Assembly: GCA_052390235.1 (NCBI GenBank)
Contig: JBQTHB010000005.1
Coordinates: forward strand, 352,001-416,000
Reading direction: 5' to 3'
Origin: Deltaproteobacteria bacterium
GTDB lineage: Bacteria; Desulfobacterota_D; UBA1144; Nemesobacterales; CSP1-2
DNA: 64,000 bases
The translations under genes and the position numbers were made by a program. Numbering within the stretch: the first letter of the stretch is position 1; every line of letters begins with the position of its first letter. Below are positions 9,159 to 19,246 of this stretch, one piece after another. The notes beneath the pieces are model-generated. The model worked only from the letters and a program-made list of their open reading frames with translations, ran no database searches and was not told the origin of the DNA.

Positions 9159-10489
9159 TGCGGATTGTCCTCGTTGGGCTTAATTATAGAACCGCGCCCG
9201 TAGAAGTGAGGGAGCGTTTCTCGTTCTCAGACGACGCCCTTAGGGACGGGCTTAGGAGGCTCTCTGCCGGCAGGTGGGTTGACGAGTGTCTCATCCTCTC
9301 CACTTGCAACCGCGTCGAGATATACGCCGTTTCGCCGGACGCCGAGGGGTGCGTTAATGAGATAACCCAGTTTCTCTCAGAATATCACGGAGCGTCCGCC
9401 GCCGCACATTCGTTTGAATCCTACATGAGCGTCTCATTTGATGAGGGGGCGATAAACCACATACTGCGCGTCGCATCCAGCCTTGATTCAATGGTTATAG
9501 GCGAGCCGCAGATTCTGGGGCAGGTCAAAGAGGCTTATAGAATCGCAAGTTCAGCAGGCACGACAGGATTAATTTTAAACCGGCTCTTGCGCGGGGCGTT
9601 TTCAGTGGCAAAGCGGGTGCGCGCCGAGACTAAGATAGGCTCTCAGGCGGTGTCCGTGAGCTACGCCGCGGTTCAGCTTGCAAAGAGGATTTTCGACGAC
9701 CTGTCTAAGAGGTCTGTAATGCTCGTCGGCGCGGGCGATATGGCTGAACTCGCCCTCAAGCACATAGCCAAAGAGGGGATACGGGAGCTTATCGTTGCAA
9801 ACCGTACCCTTGAGAGCGCCTCTGCCCTCGCTCACAGATACGGCGGCAGGGCGATTAAAATGGAAGAAATCCACTACTCGCTCAAGGACACTGACATTCT
9901 CATTGCCGCGACTGGTTCTATGGATTTTGTGATAAAGCCTCAGCACGTGCGAGAAGCCCTCACGCTCAGGAGAAACGAGCCTGTATTTATGATAGATATA
10001 GCCGTTCCCCGCGACATTGACCCACGAGTCGGAGAAATCCCCAACATCTATCTCTACGACATAGACGACCTCGAAGCGGTCATGGAAGAGAATATGAAAA
10101 CACGGCGCAAACACGCCGAACGCGCTGAGGAAATAGTCCGCGAAGGGGAGAAGAATTTTCGCTCTTGGCTTGACGGGCTTAGGGTTGTTCCGGCTATAAT
10201 TTCGCTGAGGAGCAGATTCGAGGAGATTCAAAAAATCGAACTGGGCAAGGCGATACGCAGGCTTCAGGGGCTGTCCGAGGGCGAGAGACGCGCCGTTGAA
10301 GCGCTTGCCTCTGGGATAGTAGCCAAAATTCTCTATAAGCCTATGACAAATTTAAAGAAAGAGTCCTCGTCCTCGCTCGGCGCCCTCTACGTTGACACGC
10401 TAAAGAGGCTGTTCGAGCTTGAAGGGGACGTTAACCTGCCGGAAGAAAATGACTCTGACAACGAGCCGAACGCTAAGAATTGGGACTAG
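9155..10489 (+). CDS. hemA: Glutamyl-tRNA reductase
   Basis: TAPVEVRE, LSTCNRVE, LDSMVIGEPQILGQVK, GAGDM, DIAVPRDID; start at ATG 9155 or 9158. Confidence 0.96.
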   Translation: MMRIVLVGLNYRTAPVEVRERFSFSDDALRDGLRRLSAGRWVDECLILSTCNRVEIYAVSPDAEGCVNEITQFLSEYHGASAAAHSFESYMSVSFDEGAINHILRVASSLDSMVIGEPQILGQVKEAYRIASSAGTTGLILNRLLRGAFSVAKRVRAETKIGSQAVSVSYAAVQLAKRIFDDLSKRSVMLVGAGDMAELALKHIAKEGIRELIVANRTLESASALAHRYGGRAIKMEEIHYSLKDTDILIAATGSMDFVIKPQHVREALTLRRNEPVFMIDIAVPRDIDPRVGEIPNIYLYDIDDLEAVMEENMKTRRKHAERAEEIVREGEKNFRSWLDGLRVVPAIISLRSRFEEIQKIELGKAIRRLQGLSEGERRAVEALASGIVAKILYKPMTNLKKESSSSLGALYVDTLKRLFELEGDVNLPEENDSDNEPNAKNWD

Positions 10490-11384
10490 AGGGAGCCGTC
10501 TTGCCCTTTGGCAGGCTCATTTTATCGAATCCCTCGTCCGAGCTGAATTTCCCGCACTCTCCATACAAGTATCGGTTATCCACACAACTGGGGATAAAAA
10601 CCTCGAATCGCCTCTGTCCGAAATAGGCGGCAAAGGGGTTTTCGTCAAAGAAATCGAAGAAGCCCTCCTCTCAGCCTCAATTGACATTGCCGTTCACAGC
10701 ATGAAGGACCTCCCCGCCGCGCTCCCCTTGGGGCTTGCCATCGGCGCAGTAGCCCAGAGGCGCGATGCTCGCGACGCTCTGGTGTCGAGAGGGGGTGTGA
10801 AATTCGCCGACCTTGCAAGCGGGGCAAAAATTGCCACGGGAAGCGCTCGGCGCAGGGCGCAGGCACTCGCTATTCGGCGGGACGTTGAGATTCTCCCCAT
10901 ACGCGGAAACGTTGACACTAGGCTCAGAAAACTCCACACGACGGAGGGATTCGACGCCCTCATACTTGCCTCGGCAGGGCTGGAGAGAATGGGATTCGGC
11001 GCACAAATCACGGAATTCTTCCCGGTTGAGACTTTCATTCCCGCTCCATGCCAGGGGATAGTGGCTATAGAGCAAAGGGAGGACGACGGCGATGTGTCCC
11101 AAATTTTGTCTCGAATCAACCACGAGCCGTCCTGGATTTGCGCCTCGGCGGAGAGGGCGTTTCTCGAAGCCCTCGGAGGGGGTTGCCAAGTCCCAGCCGG
11201 ATGCCACGCCTCGATTCTTCAGGGCGGAAGGATGAGAATTATCGGCGCGGTTGCCTCCCCAGACGGGGCGACGTCAGTGCGGAGGGAGGCCGAAGGGGAT
11301 GCCACGGATGCCCGCTCCTTGGGCAGAGAGCTTGCCGAATCCGTGCTGGCAGGCGGCGGCGCGCAGATTCTGGCTACCCTCTAG
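10449..11384 (+). CDS. hemC: Hydroxymethylbilane synthase (porphobilinogen deaminase)
   Basis: IGTRGSRLALWQA, GKGVFVKE, AVHSMKD, IRGNVDTRL, GGCQVP; start placed at ATG 10449. Confidence 0.96.
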   Translation: MTLTTSRTLRIGTRGSRLALWQAHFIESLVRAEFPALSIQVSVIHTTGDKNLESPLSEIGGKGVFVKEIEEALLSASIDIAVHSMKDLPAALPLGLAIGAVAQRRDARDALVSRGGVKFADLASGAKIATGSARRRAQALAIRRDVEILPIRGNVDTRLRKLHTTEGFDALILASAGLERMGFGAQITEFFPVETFIPAPCQGIVAIEQREDDGDVSQILSRINHEPSWICASAERAFLEALGGGCQVPAGCHASILQGGRMRIIGAVASPDGATSVRREAEGDATDARSLGRELAESVLAGGGAQILATL

Positions 11385-11600
11385 CTCACAGCGGCGGCTC
11401 GTGATTCGGAAACGCAGATGCTTGAGCTAAAAATGAATGGAATAAATCCAGAAATTCTCGATTCGCCGGTGTTGGCATAAGCCTAATCCCTCGCCTGTCT
11501 CTGTCCGATGGACAAGAGCCGCAGACGCCTCTGGGTCGCCCAATTCCCCTCGGTTTAAACTTGCTCTCTTATCTTTATCGTGTCATGATTGATGAGAGCT

Positions 11601-12440
11601 ATGGAAAAACACCCCCTTTCAATGGCTGTCGAAGAGGTTGCGTTTGCGTTTCTGGACGTTGAAACCACAGGGCTAGACCCATATTCGGGCGACAGAATCT
11701 GCGAAATCGCCATGCTCAAAACCAGGGGCGCAAAAGTCATAGACACCTTCGAGACCCTCGTTAATCCCGGTAGAGCGATGCCTCCGAGAGCCGTATCGGT
11801 AAACGGCATAACCGATGCCATGATACGCAGTTCTCCGTTCTTTAGGGATGTCGCCAAAGACGTGCAGAATTTCCTTTCGGATACCGTGATTGTGGCTCAT
11901 AACGCCTCGTTCGACTTGGGCTTTGTATCAGCGGAATTTGCCAATCTCAGGATTCCTCCCCCTGCTAATGAAATAATTGACACGCTGGGCATAGCTAGGC
12001 GGTATTACAATTTCCCAAGCAACGGTCTGGGCAAAATAGCGAGGCATCTGGGAATCCCAATTGCCTCGGAACACAGGGCACTCTCAGACGCGGGGCTGAC
12101 CAAGGACATTTTCGACTATTTTATTCTGGATTTGAGGAGAAGAGGGATGCGCATCAGCCGTCTCAAAGACGCGCTGAAGCTCCACGGCAAATATGTTGAT
12201 TTGGAAAAATCAAACGCCCTGGTGATTCCGCCGGACATTGAACACGCCCTGCGGCTTCGGCGAAAGGTGCAGATAAAATATCTATCAGCTTACGCTGAAG
12301 ATACCACGACTAGGGTGATTGAGCCTCAGGAACTGAAACTGAGCGGAAGCTACACCTATGTGGTGGCGTTCTGCCACCTCAGAAAAGAGAGGTGTAGCTT
12401 CAGGCTCGACCGCATTCTCGAGGTAAAATGCGTGTCCTAG
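11601..12440 (+). CDS. DEDDh 3'-5' exonuclease (DnaQ-like) fused to C-terminal WYL domain
   Basis: FLDVETTG / VAHNASFD / HRALSDA exo motifs; C-terminal IKY...TTRVIEP...YVVAFCHLR...SFRLDRI; start could be 11592. Confidence 0.85.
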   Translation: MEKHPLSMAVEEVAFAFLDVETTGLDPYSGDRICEIAMLKTRGAKVIDTFETLVNPGRAMPPRAVSVNGITDAMIRSSPFFRDVAKDVQNFLSDTVIVAHNASFDLGFVSAEFANLRIPPPANEIIDTLGIARRYYNFPSNGLGKIARHLGIPIASEHRALSDAGLTKDIFDYFILDLRRRGMRISRLKDALKLHGKYVDLEKSNALVIPPDIEHALRLRRKVQIKYLSAYAEDTTTRVIEPQELKLSGSYTYVVAFCHLRKERCSFRLDRILEVKCVS

Positions 12441-12450
12441 ACTGTAAATA

Positions 12451-12738
12451 CTACTGCGCCGGGGCTTCTTGTGGCATCTCTCCTTCAGGAGCGGGACTTG
12501 CCGCCGGAGCCTGCGCCGCCGCAATTTGAGTTTTTAATTGCTCGTTCTCGGCTTTTACGGCATCCACCTCGGTCATAAGCTCGGTTATCTTAGTCTCAAG
12601 GTCGGTTTTATCCTTTGCGAGCTGCTCGACCTCAGCCTTAACCCTCTCGTACTCCTCTTTAACCTTGCCGTCGCAACCCGACAAAGCCACAGACGCCAAT
12701 ACGAACACACCTACGAATAAAGATGTAAACCTTTTCAT
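12451..12738 (-). CDS. Small coiled-coil lipoprotein
   Basis: LSGC lipobox, heptad-rich middle, AP-rich tail; AGGAGG RBS. Confidence 0.75.
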   Translation of the reverse strand: MKRFTSLFVGVFVLASVALSGCDGKVKEEYERVKAEVEQLAKDKTDLETKITELMTEVDAVKAENEQLKTQIAAAQAPAASPAPEGEMPQEAPAQ

Positions 12739-12940
12739 TCTCTACTTCCTCCTTTAAAAGAGCTTAAGCCCCTTTAACGGCAGATACTCTAAATTTGGAA
12801 ATTGTAATTGTCAACAAGCCCCAACCTCGCCCGCATTTGCGCCCCGTTGCTTGCGCCTGCGAACGTTCTGGTATAATCAATCCATCTAAAATCGAGGATT
12901 TACCGAGCAGGGTAGCCTATTCCAAGGGGAGATTATTGAA

Positions 12941-13699
12941 ATGAAAATTGTGAGATTTAAAACCGGCGATGGACAAAGCCGCGTCGGAGCGCTTAAAGAC
13001 GCGCTGGCTCTTGAGATTGCGGGCGACGTTTTCGGGCGTTATGAAATTACTGATGCCTCCTACCACATCAGCCAAATCGAATTTCTGCCCCCCTGCCTGC
13101 CGTCTAAAATCGTAGCCGTCGGGCTAAATTACAGAGACCACGCCGAGGAGATGAAAAAAGCCCTTCCCGACGAGCCGCTCCTGTTTCTGAAGCCCCCCTC
13201 AGCCGCCATCGGACACGAGGGCAAGATAGTTTATCCATCCCATATGTCCTCCCGCGTGGATTACGAGGGGGAGCTTGCCGTAGTCATTAGCAGGGAAGCC
13301 AGGTGGGTCAATGAAAGCGAGGCTTTGGGCTATGTTCTCGGCTATACCTGCATCAACGACATCACTGCTAGGGATTTGCAGTCCAAAGACGTTCAATACA
13401 CCCGCGCCAAGGGTTTCGACACATTCGCCCCGATGGGGCCCTGTATCGAGACCGAAATTGACCCAGGCAATCTCGGCATCACGACAGCGCTAAACGGTGA
13501 GATTAGACAGCGCTCCCGCACGTCGAATTTGATTTTCAGCGTCCCCCGTCTCATAGCGTTCATATCGAGGGTGATGACTCTCCTTCCGGGCGATGTAATC
13601 TCCACAGGAACGCCGTCGGGCATAGGCTCGATGAAAAGCGGCGACACTGTGGAGGTGCAAATTGAGGGCATAGGGCTACTCAGAAACCGCGTGGAATAG
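12941..13699 (+). CDS. Fumarylacetoacetate hydrolase family protein
   Basis: KIVAVGLNY..H, FLKP, DYEGELAVVI, NDITARD, KGFDTF, TGTPSG. Confidence 0.92.
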   Translation: MKIVRFKTGDGQSRVGALKDALALEIAGDVFGRYEITDASYHISQIEFLPPCLPSKIVAVGLNYRDHAEEMKKALPDEPLLFLKPPSAAIGHEGKIVYPSHMSSRVDYEGELAVVISREARWVNESEALGYVLGYTCINDITARDLQSKDVQYTRAKGFDTFAPMGPCIETEIDPGNLGITTALNGEIRQRSRTSNLIFSVPRLIAFISRVMTLLPGDVISTGTPSGIGSMKSGDTVEVQIEGIGLLRNRVE

Positions 13700-13933
13700 G
13701 GCGGATTCCCCCCACTCTAGCGCAGATTTACAAGGATTTAAATCACGCAGGCGCTATGGTATTGGTTCTATAATTAGATTGCTCGGTCGCATCTCCCCCT
13801 CAGAATGACAAACTCTCGCCGTTTCGAGCCTTTTGCTTTTGTTGTCATTTCGAGTGAAGCGAGAGATCTATCTAATATTTCATCTTACTGTTTTTTGTCT
13901 TCATTGGCTCCTATGCGGGCGTTTTGCTCGCCC

Positions 13934-16801
13934 TTACAAAATTCGTCCGGCTAGGATTTCGGCGATGTGTACTGGGGTTCTCTCGGTAAAATGCCCTATC
14001 TGCTCGTGGCAGGATGCGCCCGTTACGACAACTGCCGTCTCAGCGGGCGCGCTCCTCACGGCGGGAAACAGGCGGTCTTCTCCAATGGTTTTGGAGATTT
14101 CGTAATGCTCCGTCTCGTAGCCGAAACTCCCCGCCATTCCGCAGCATCCGGCTTTGCTCTCTCTCTCTCTGCATCCCGAAAGACGGAGGATTTCGACAGC
14201 CGCCTTGCCCCCCGCTATCGCCCTCTCGTGGCAGTGGGGGTGAAGCAGGACGTCCTCGCCGCCGCTTCGCCACTGTATTTTGAGATCCCCGTCCAAGTGG
14301 AGTTTATAGAGAAATTCCTGAAGTAAAAATGAATTTCGAGCTACGAGCCTAGCGTCGTCGTCCTTTGGGAGGAGGTCTAAATACTCGTCTCGAAACGCGA
14401 GGACGCAGCTTGGCTCCGTGCCAATAATGGGAACTCCCCTGCGGGCGTAGGGGGCGAGAAGACGCACATTCCTCTCAGCGTTGATACTCGCTTCCCGCGC
14501 CATCCCTTTGCTCAGCATCGCTCTCCCGCAACAGGCGCGCTGGGGGATAATTTCAACTTCAAACCCCGCCGCCTCAAGAACGCCAACCGCCGCCCTGCCG
14601 ACGCTCGGCTCATAGAAATTTGCCCAAGTGTCGTGGAAATAGATAACTCTCTCGCGCTTTGGCGCTTGATTCGCCTCGCGCCGTCCGAACCAATCGGCAA
14701 ATGTCTCATCGGCTAACCGGGGAAGCCTGCGCAGGGGGTGAATTCCGATTCCAGCCAGGGCGCGTCTTGTGATTCTGCAGTCCAGAATGAAATTAGCGAC
14801 ACGCGGCGCGAGCGATGCGATTTGCGTGATTCCATAAATCCCGCCGAAAATCCTATCTCGCAGGGGCGTTCCATGAGTCTCCCGATACCGCGATAAAACC
14901 TCGATTTTCATCTTCGCCGCATCAACCGCCGATGGGCATTCCGATTTACACGCCTTGCAGGATAGGCATAAATCGAAAACACCCCTCAGCGCATCGTCCC
15001 CATCGGGAAGCTCCCCCAATAGAGCGGCTCGAAGCGCATTCGCCCTTGCCCTTGTAGATTCGGCCTCGTCCCGCGTTGCCATGAACGAGGGACACATCGC
15101 CCCCTCGCCGAGCTTCCTGCAAATCCCCTGCCCGCTGCACATCTCCGCCGCCGCTAGAACTCCTCCGTCCGAAGTCCAATCAAGCCGCGTCTGAGTCCAG
15201 CGGGATTTAACCTCTGCCCCGAATCGCAGGTTCTCCGTAGGGGAAGGGGAGTTGACCACTTTGCCGGGATTGAGCAGTCCCGCCGGGTCAAATGCGGATT
15301 TCAGCTCTCTCATCGCTTGGTACAGGGTCTTTCCAAAGAGCTTTTCGTTTAGGTAGCCCCTTTGAAGCCCGTCGCCGTGTTCGCCGCTCATCACGCCGCC
15401 GAACCGCAGGGCGAGAGCCGCCGCCTCGTCCGTGAGCTCTCTCATAATACGAACCCCGTCCGCCGTTTTTAGATTGACGAATGGGCGGATGTGTAAGCAT
15501 CCCGCGCTTGCGTGTCCGTAGAATCCCCCTTCAGCGCCGATGCGCTGAAGCGCCGCGCGAATCTCCCGAACGTACCCCGCGAGATTTTCCACAGGTACAG
15601 AAACGTCCTCGATACAGGAGATGGGCTTTAGCTCGCCGCGTCTGCTCATCAAAAGCCCAAGCCCCGCGCGCCTCACCTCCCATACGTTTGCCTGAGCCTC
15701 AGCCGAGAGGGCAAAAGTCGTTTGGCAGGGTATTCTCTGAGATTTTAGTTGCTCGTCCAAGCGGCGGGTTTTAAGCTCGGTTTCCCGCTCCGACGCGCCG
15801 TAGAACTCCACGGCCAGGATAGCCGAGGGCGTTGCTTCGATGAATGTGAGCATCGGGGCGTATCCCGGATGATTGCGGGTGAGATTTATGAGCGTTGCGT
15901 CCATAAGCTCCAAAGCCGATGGGTTTTCCCGAAGGATATTGGGAACGGCTTCCATGGCGGCGATAATATCGCTAAATTGGAGCAGTATAAGTCCGGTGCA
16001 GTAGGGGCGCGGCACGAGCTTTAGTGTAAAATCGAGGGCGACGGCGAGAGTCCCCTCCGAGCCTGCTAGGAGCTTGGCGGGATTCATCGGATTTTCCAGC
16101 AAATATGGCAGGCTATAGCCTGAAGCCCTGCGCCAGTGCTTTGGGAAATCCGCGCGTATGGCTTCGCCGTAGCGCCCTTTGATACTCAATAAATTTCGGT
16201 AGAGCGCGCCCTTGCCGCCCTCTCGGATATATTTTTCCTTGAGGATTGGCTCGTCCCGGGCGCGCATATCGAGCAAGCTCCCGTCGGAGAGAACAACTCG
16301 CGCCGACTCCAGGTTGTCTCCCGCCATTCCGTAGAGGATTGAGTGCGCGCCGGTTGCGTTGTTGCCGATTACGCCGCCTAGAGTTGCCACGTTTGCCGTC
16401 GAGGGGTCGGGCCCAAACATGAGATTGAGGCGCTTGAGGCGGTGGTTTAGCTCTCCTAGATAAATCCCAGCCTCGGCTCTGGCGGTTTTCTCGTCGGGGT
16501 TTATTTCAATTACTCTGTTGAGGTGTTTAGAGAAATCCACGACGAGGGCATAGCCTACGGCTTGTCCTGCTAGGCTGGTGCCTCCCCCGCGCGGGAGAAC
16601 AGCCGCTCCAAAACTGCGGGCTACCTCCAATATAGCTACCACATCCTCAGGGGTTTTCGGGATGGCGACTCCCAAAGGCTCGATTTTATAATTGCTCGCG
16701 TCGGTGCTGTAGAGGGTGCGGCTCAAAGCGTCGAATCGAACCTCGCCCTCTATCTTTTTTTTTAGAGCCTCTTCGATTTCTCTTTGCGGGGACGTTTTCA
16801 A
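13934..16801 (-). CDS. FAD-linked 2-hydroxyacid oxidoreductase fused to Fe-S/CCG domains (YdiJ / GlcD-GlcF type)
   Basis: YSTDAS, RGGGTSLAGQ, GEHGDG, CLSCKACKSECP, CCGR and CCGMAGSFG. Confidence 0.9.
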   Translation of the reverse strand: MKTSPQREIEEALKKKIEGEVRFDALSRTLYSTDASNYKIEPLGVAIPKTPEDVVAILEVARSFGAAVLPRGGGTSLAGQAVGYALVVDFSKHLNRVIEINPDEKTARAEAGIYLGELNHRLKRLNLMFGPDPSTANVATLGGVIGNNATGAHSILYGMAGDNLESARVVLSDGSLLDMRARDEPILKEKYIREGGKGALYRNLLSIKGRYGEAIRADFPKHWRRASGYSLPYLLENPMNPAKLLAGSEGTLAVALDFTLKLVPRPYCTGLILLQFSDIIAAMEAVPNILRENPSALELMDATLINLTRNHPGYAPMLTFIEATPSAILAVEFYGASERETELKTRRLDEQLKSQRIPCQTTFALSAEAQANVWEVRRAGLGLLMSRRGELKPISCIEDVSVPVENLAGYVREIRAALQRIGAEGGFYGHASAGCLHIRPFVNLKTADGVRIMRELTDEAAALALRFGGVMSGEHGDGLQRGYLNEKLFGKTLYQAMRELKSAFDPAGLLNPGKVVNSPSPTENLRFGAEVKSRWTQTRLDWTSDGGVLAAAEMCSGQGICRKLGEGAMCPSFMATRDEAESTRARANALRAALLGELPDGDDALRGVFDLCLSCKACKSECPSAVDAAKMKIEVLSRYRETHGTPLRDRIFGGIYGITQIASLAPRVANFILDCRITRRALAGIGIHPLRRLPRLADETFADWFGRREANQAPKRERVIYFHDTWANFYEPSVGRAAVGVLEAAGFEVEIIPQRACCGRAMLSKGMAREASINAERNVRLLAPYARRGVPIIGTEPSCVLAFRDEYLDLLPKDDDARLVARNSFLLQEFLYKLHLDGDLKIQWRSGGEDVLLHPHCHERAIAGGKAAVEILRLSGCRERESKAGCCGMAGSFGYETEHYEISKTIGEDRLFPAVRSAPAETAVVVTGASCHEQIGHFTERTPVHIAEILAGRIL

Positions 16802-16901
16802 TTTCTCGCCTTATCGCTCGCTAATATTGAAAAATTATAACTGCCCCGCCCCCTCGGCGCTATCTCGAAGCCGCAGCGGGGCAGCGCGTCCGCCGTCCGA
16901 G

Positions 16902-16930
16902 TTGACAATCGCCCCTCGGCAAATTAGATT
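16902..16930 (+). promoter_or_regulatory. sigma70-type promoter for the TPR gene
   Basis: TTGACA-N17-TAGATT. Confidence 0.55.
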
Positions 16931-16966
16931 TAAGTGGGAAATCCAATCGCGGGGAGCGTAAATTTA

Positions 16967-17833
16967 ATGGGAAGAGTCGAGAGACTGCTCGATAAAGCCG
17001 ATAAGTTTAAAGATGCGGGGCGTTTCGAGGAGTCTCTTGTTGAACTTAAAAAGGCCCTTAAACTCGCCCCTGACGACCCCGAAGTCCATCTGTCCTTCGC
17101 GCTCACTTATGACTGCATGGAGGAGTTCGAGCTATCTGTATTTTATTTTAAAAAAGCCCTTGACCTGTCGCCGGATGACTCCTACATCTGGACTCAGTTC
17201 GGTATAACCGTTGCCCGAATGGGAAAATACGAGGATTCGGTCTCGGTTTTTCAAAAAGCTCTGGAGCTTGAGCCTAACAGCGTTATGGCTAAGTGGAATT
17301 TGGCTCTTTCCTACAAGGCGCTAGGGTGCTACGAGGACGCTCTTGCGGAGATGGTACGGTGCATCGAGCTTGAGCCTGAGTCCGAGTACATCAAGGACGA
17401 GCTTCACTATCAGATAGGCTCTTGCTACTTCGAGATGGGCTGGACGCGTGAAGCCCTCAGACACTTCAAAAAACAGACCGAGTCTTCTCCAGAGGACGTG
17501 TGGGCGCATCTGTCAGTGGGCAACTGCTATATGGATTTCGGCTGGACGGATGAGGCAGTCAATAAGTATAGAGAAATTATCGAATCCTGCCCGGATTTTA
17601 TCCCCGCTTATAATTCTCTCGCCCTGTCGCTCGCAGAGAAAGGCTGGTATGACGAGGCGATGGATGTACTCCGGGCCGCTCTCGAAATTGCCCCTCAGGA
17701 CGAGACGGTCAAAAACAACATGGACTATATACAATCCCTGCGAGACGACGAGGACGGCTTCAAAGGGCTGATTCTCATGAGCCTTGCGCTTCAGTTGCTC
17801 AAAATCAAGCAAGCCGCAAAGAAAAGAGACTAA
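16967..17833 (+). CDS. Tetratricopeptide repeat protein
   Basis: About 7 repeats with A/G-x-x-Y...AL-x-L-x-P pattern; ATG 16967 with GGGGAG RBS. Confidence 0.88.
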   Translation: MGRVERLLDKADKFKDAGRFEESLVELKKALKLAPDDPEVHLSFALTYDCMEEFELSVFYFKKALDLSPDDSYIWTQFGITVARMGKYEDSVSVFQKALELEPNSVMAKWNLALSYKALGCYEDALAEMVRCIELEPESEYIKDELHYQIGSCYFEMGWTREALRHFKKQTESSPEDVWAHLSVGNCYMDFGWTDEAVNKYREIIESCPDFIPAYNSLALSLAEKGWYDEAMDVLRAALEIAPQDETVKNNMDYIQSLRDDEDGFKGLILMSLALQLLKIKQAAKKRD

Positions 17834-18897
17834 TTCCTCCTCCCTATCCGGTACTCGACTTTATATATCTCAATAAAGCTCAAGAATATGACAAGCGCCA
17901 CGGGACCTAAAATTATCCCCGAAAACCCGAACGCGCTGACGCTTCCGAGAATGCTCAGAAATAGAAATAGTGTCGGCAACTCCACCCTGCCGCTTATAAT
18001 CCAAGGCTTTAGCACGTTGTCTATCGAGCCTACGACCCCGCCGCCGATGACTAACACGATTATTCCCGTGATGTAGTCTCCCGCCGCGAGCAGATATACC
18101 CCCACTGGGAGCCACACGAAAAGCGACCCGCCAAAAGGGAGCAGTGAGAATAGAGCGGTAAGCACCCCAGCCAGCACCGCGAACGAGAGTCCCAGAAGCC
18201 AGAACAGCGCCCCCATGGCAATACCCTGAATGCAAGCCGTCGCCGCAATGCCTACCACCACGGCGTTCAGGATGTCGTTGAAGCGGTCGAAAATCCTAGT
18301 TTTCTGCTCCTCTTTCATGGGAATGAGGAATTTTATCTGCTCATAGAGCTTTCTGCCGTCCCGAAAGAAGAAAAAGAGCGCGAAAGTCATTATGAAAAAA
18401 TTGAAAAGCAGGCTAGTCAGATTTTTCGCCCCCTGCTGAAGTTGGTCGAATACGTATTTGCTCGCCGTGCCGACGCTTCTTAGGACGATTTGGTCAATTC
18501 TCATCTCGCCGAGGTCGAACCTCTTTTCCGCCTCTTCGATTATCGTAACGGGGATAAGCTCCCTTGCGCGCTCAACAATGGCAGAGAAGTTGACGAGTTG
18601 AATCTTTACCCGAATCACCTGATAGACGTCGAATAGCTCTATCGCCACGGTAGTAAACACAGCGACAAGCGGAATCACCACGGCAAGTATCGTGATGACC
18701 GTCATAATGACCGATGAAATGCCGGCTCGCCCCCGCAGTAGCCTCTTCAGCCGCTCATAAACCGGATAGAGAACGAGAGCGAGGATTGCCGCCCAAAAAA
18801 GCGAGAGCGTGAAAGGTTCGAGAATCTGATAGAACAGAAACAGCAAGAACAGAAATATCCCTATGAAAAACCACGAGAAAACCTGTTTTCGGGTCAT
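17830..18897 (-). CDS. AI-2E family transporter (YdiK/PerM-like)
   Basis: Multi-TM; IDNVLKP, FGFSGIILGP. Confidence 0.9.
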   Translation of the reverse strand: MTRKQVFSWFFIGIFLFLLFLFYQILEPFTLSLFWAAILALVLYPVYERLKRLLRGRAGISSVIMTVITILAVVIPLVAVFTTVAIELFDVYQVIRVKIQLVNFSAIVERARELIPVTIIEEAEKRFDLGEMRIDQIVLRSVGTASKYVFDQLQQGAKNLTSLLFNFFIMTFALFFFFRDGRKLYEQIKFLIPMKEEQKTRIFDRFNDILNAVVVGIAATACIQGIAMGALFWLLGLSFAVLAGVLTALFSLLPFGGSLFVWLPVGVYLLAAGDYITGIIVLVIGGGVVGSIDNVLKPWIISGRVELPTLFLFLSILGSVSAFGFSGIILGPVALVIFLSFIEIYKVEYRIGRRN

Positions 18898-19246
18898 ACT
18901 CTACGCGCCCTCCGTCTGGCGATGCGGCTCTTTTGGGTGAAATAATAACACGGATTTTTTCGCCGCGCGCTCGGATGTTGGCTATTCCCGCTTCCCGTAA
19001 CTTACCGACGATTCCTCCCAATTTAATTCGCTGGGGAAGTGGGAGCCGGGCGGTTCCCTCGATTTGGCGCAGTACGAGCGGCTCTAATGCGCTATCGCGT
19101 ATCTTGACTTATGAATCTCCTGCATCGCAGTGCCTGAATCCGAGCGGGGGCAAAATGTCGGCTTTTAAATTCCGCAGGTTTTTGTTAATATTGGATTCAC
19201 GCAAGTTACCGCCGCCTAAAAATTATCCCTGAGGAGATCTGCCAAT

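Noticed and set aside
11471..11490. TTGGCAT as a sigma54 -24 element upstream of the exonuclease
   Set aside because: No GC at the -12 position
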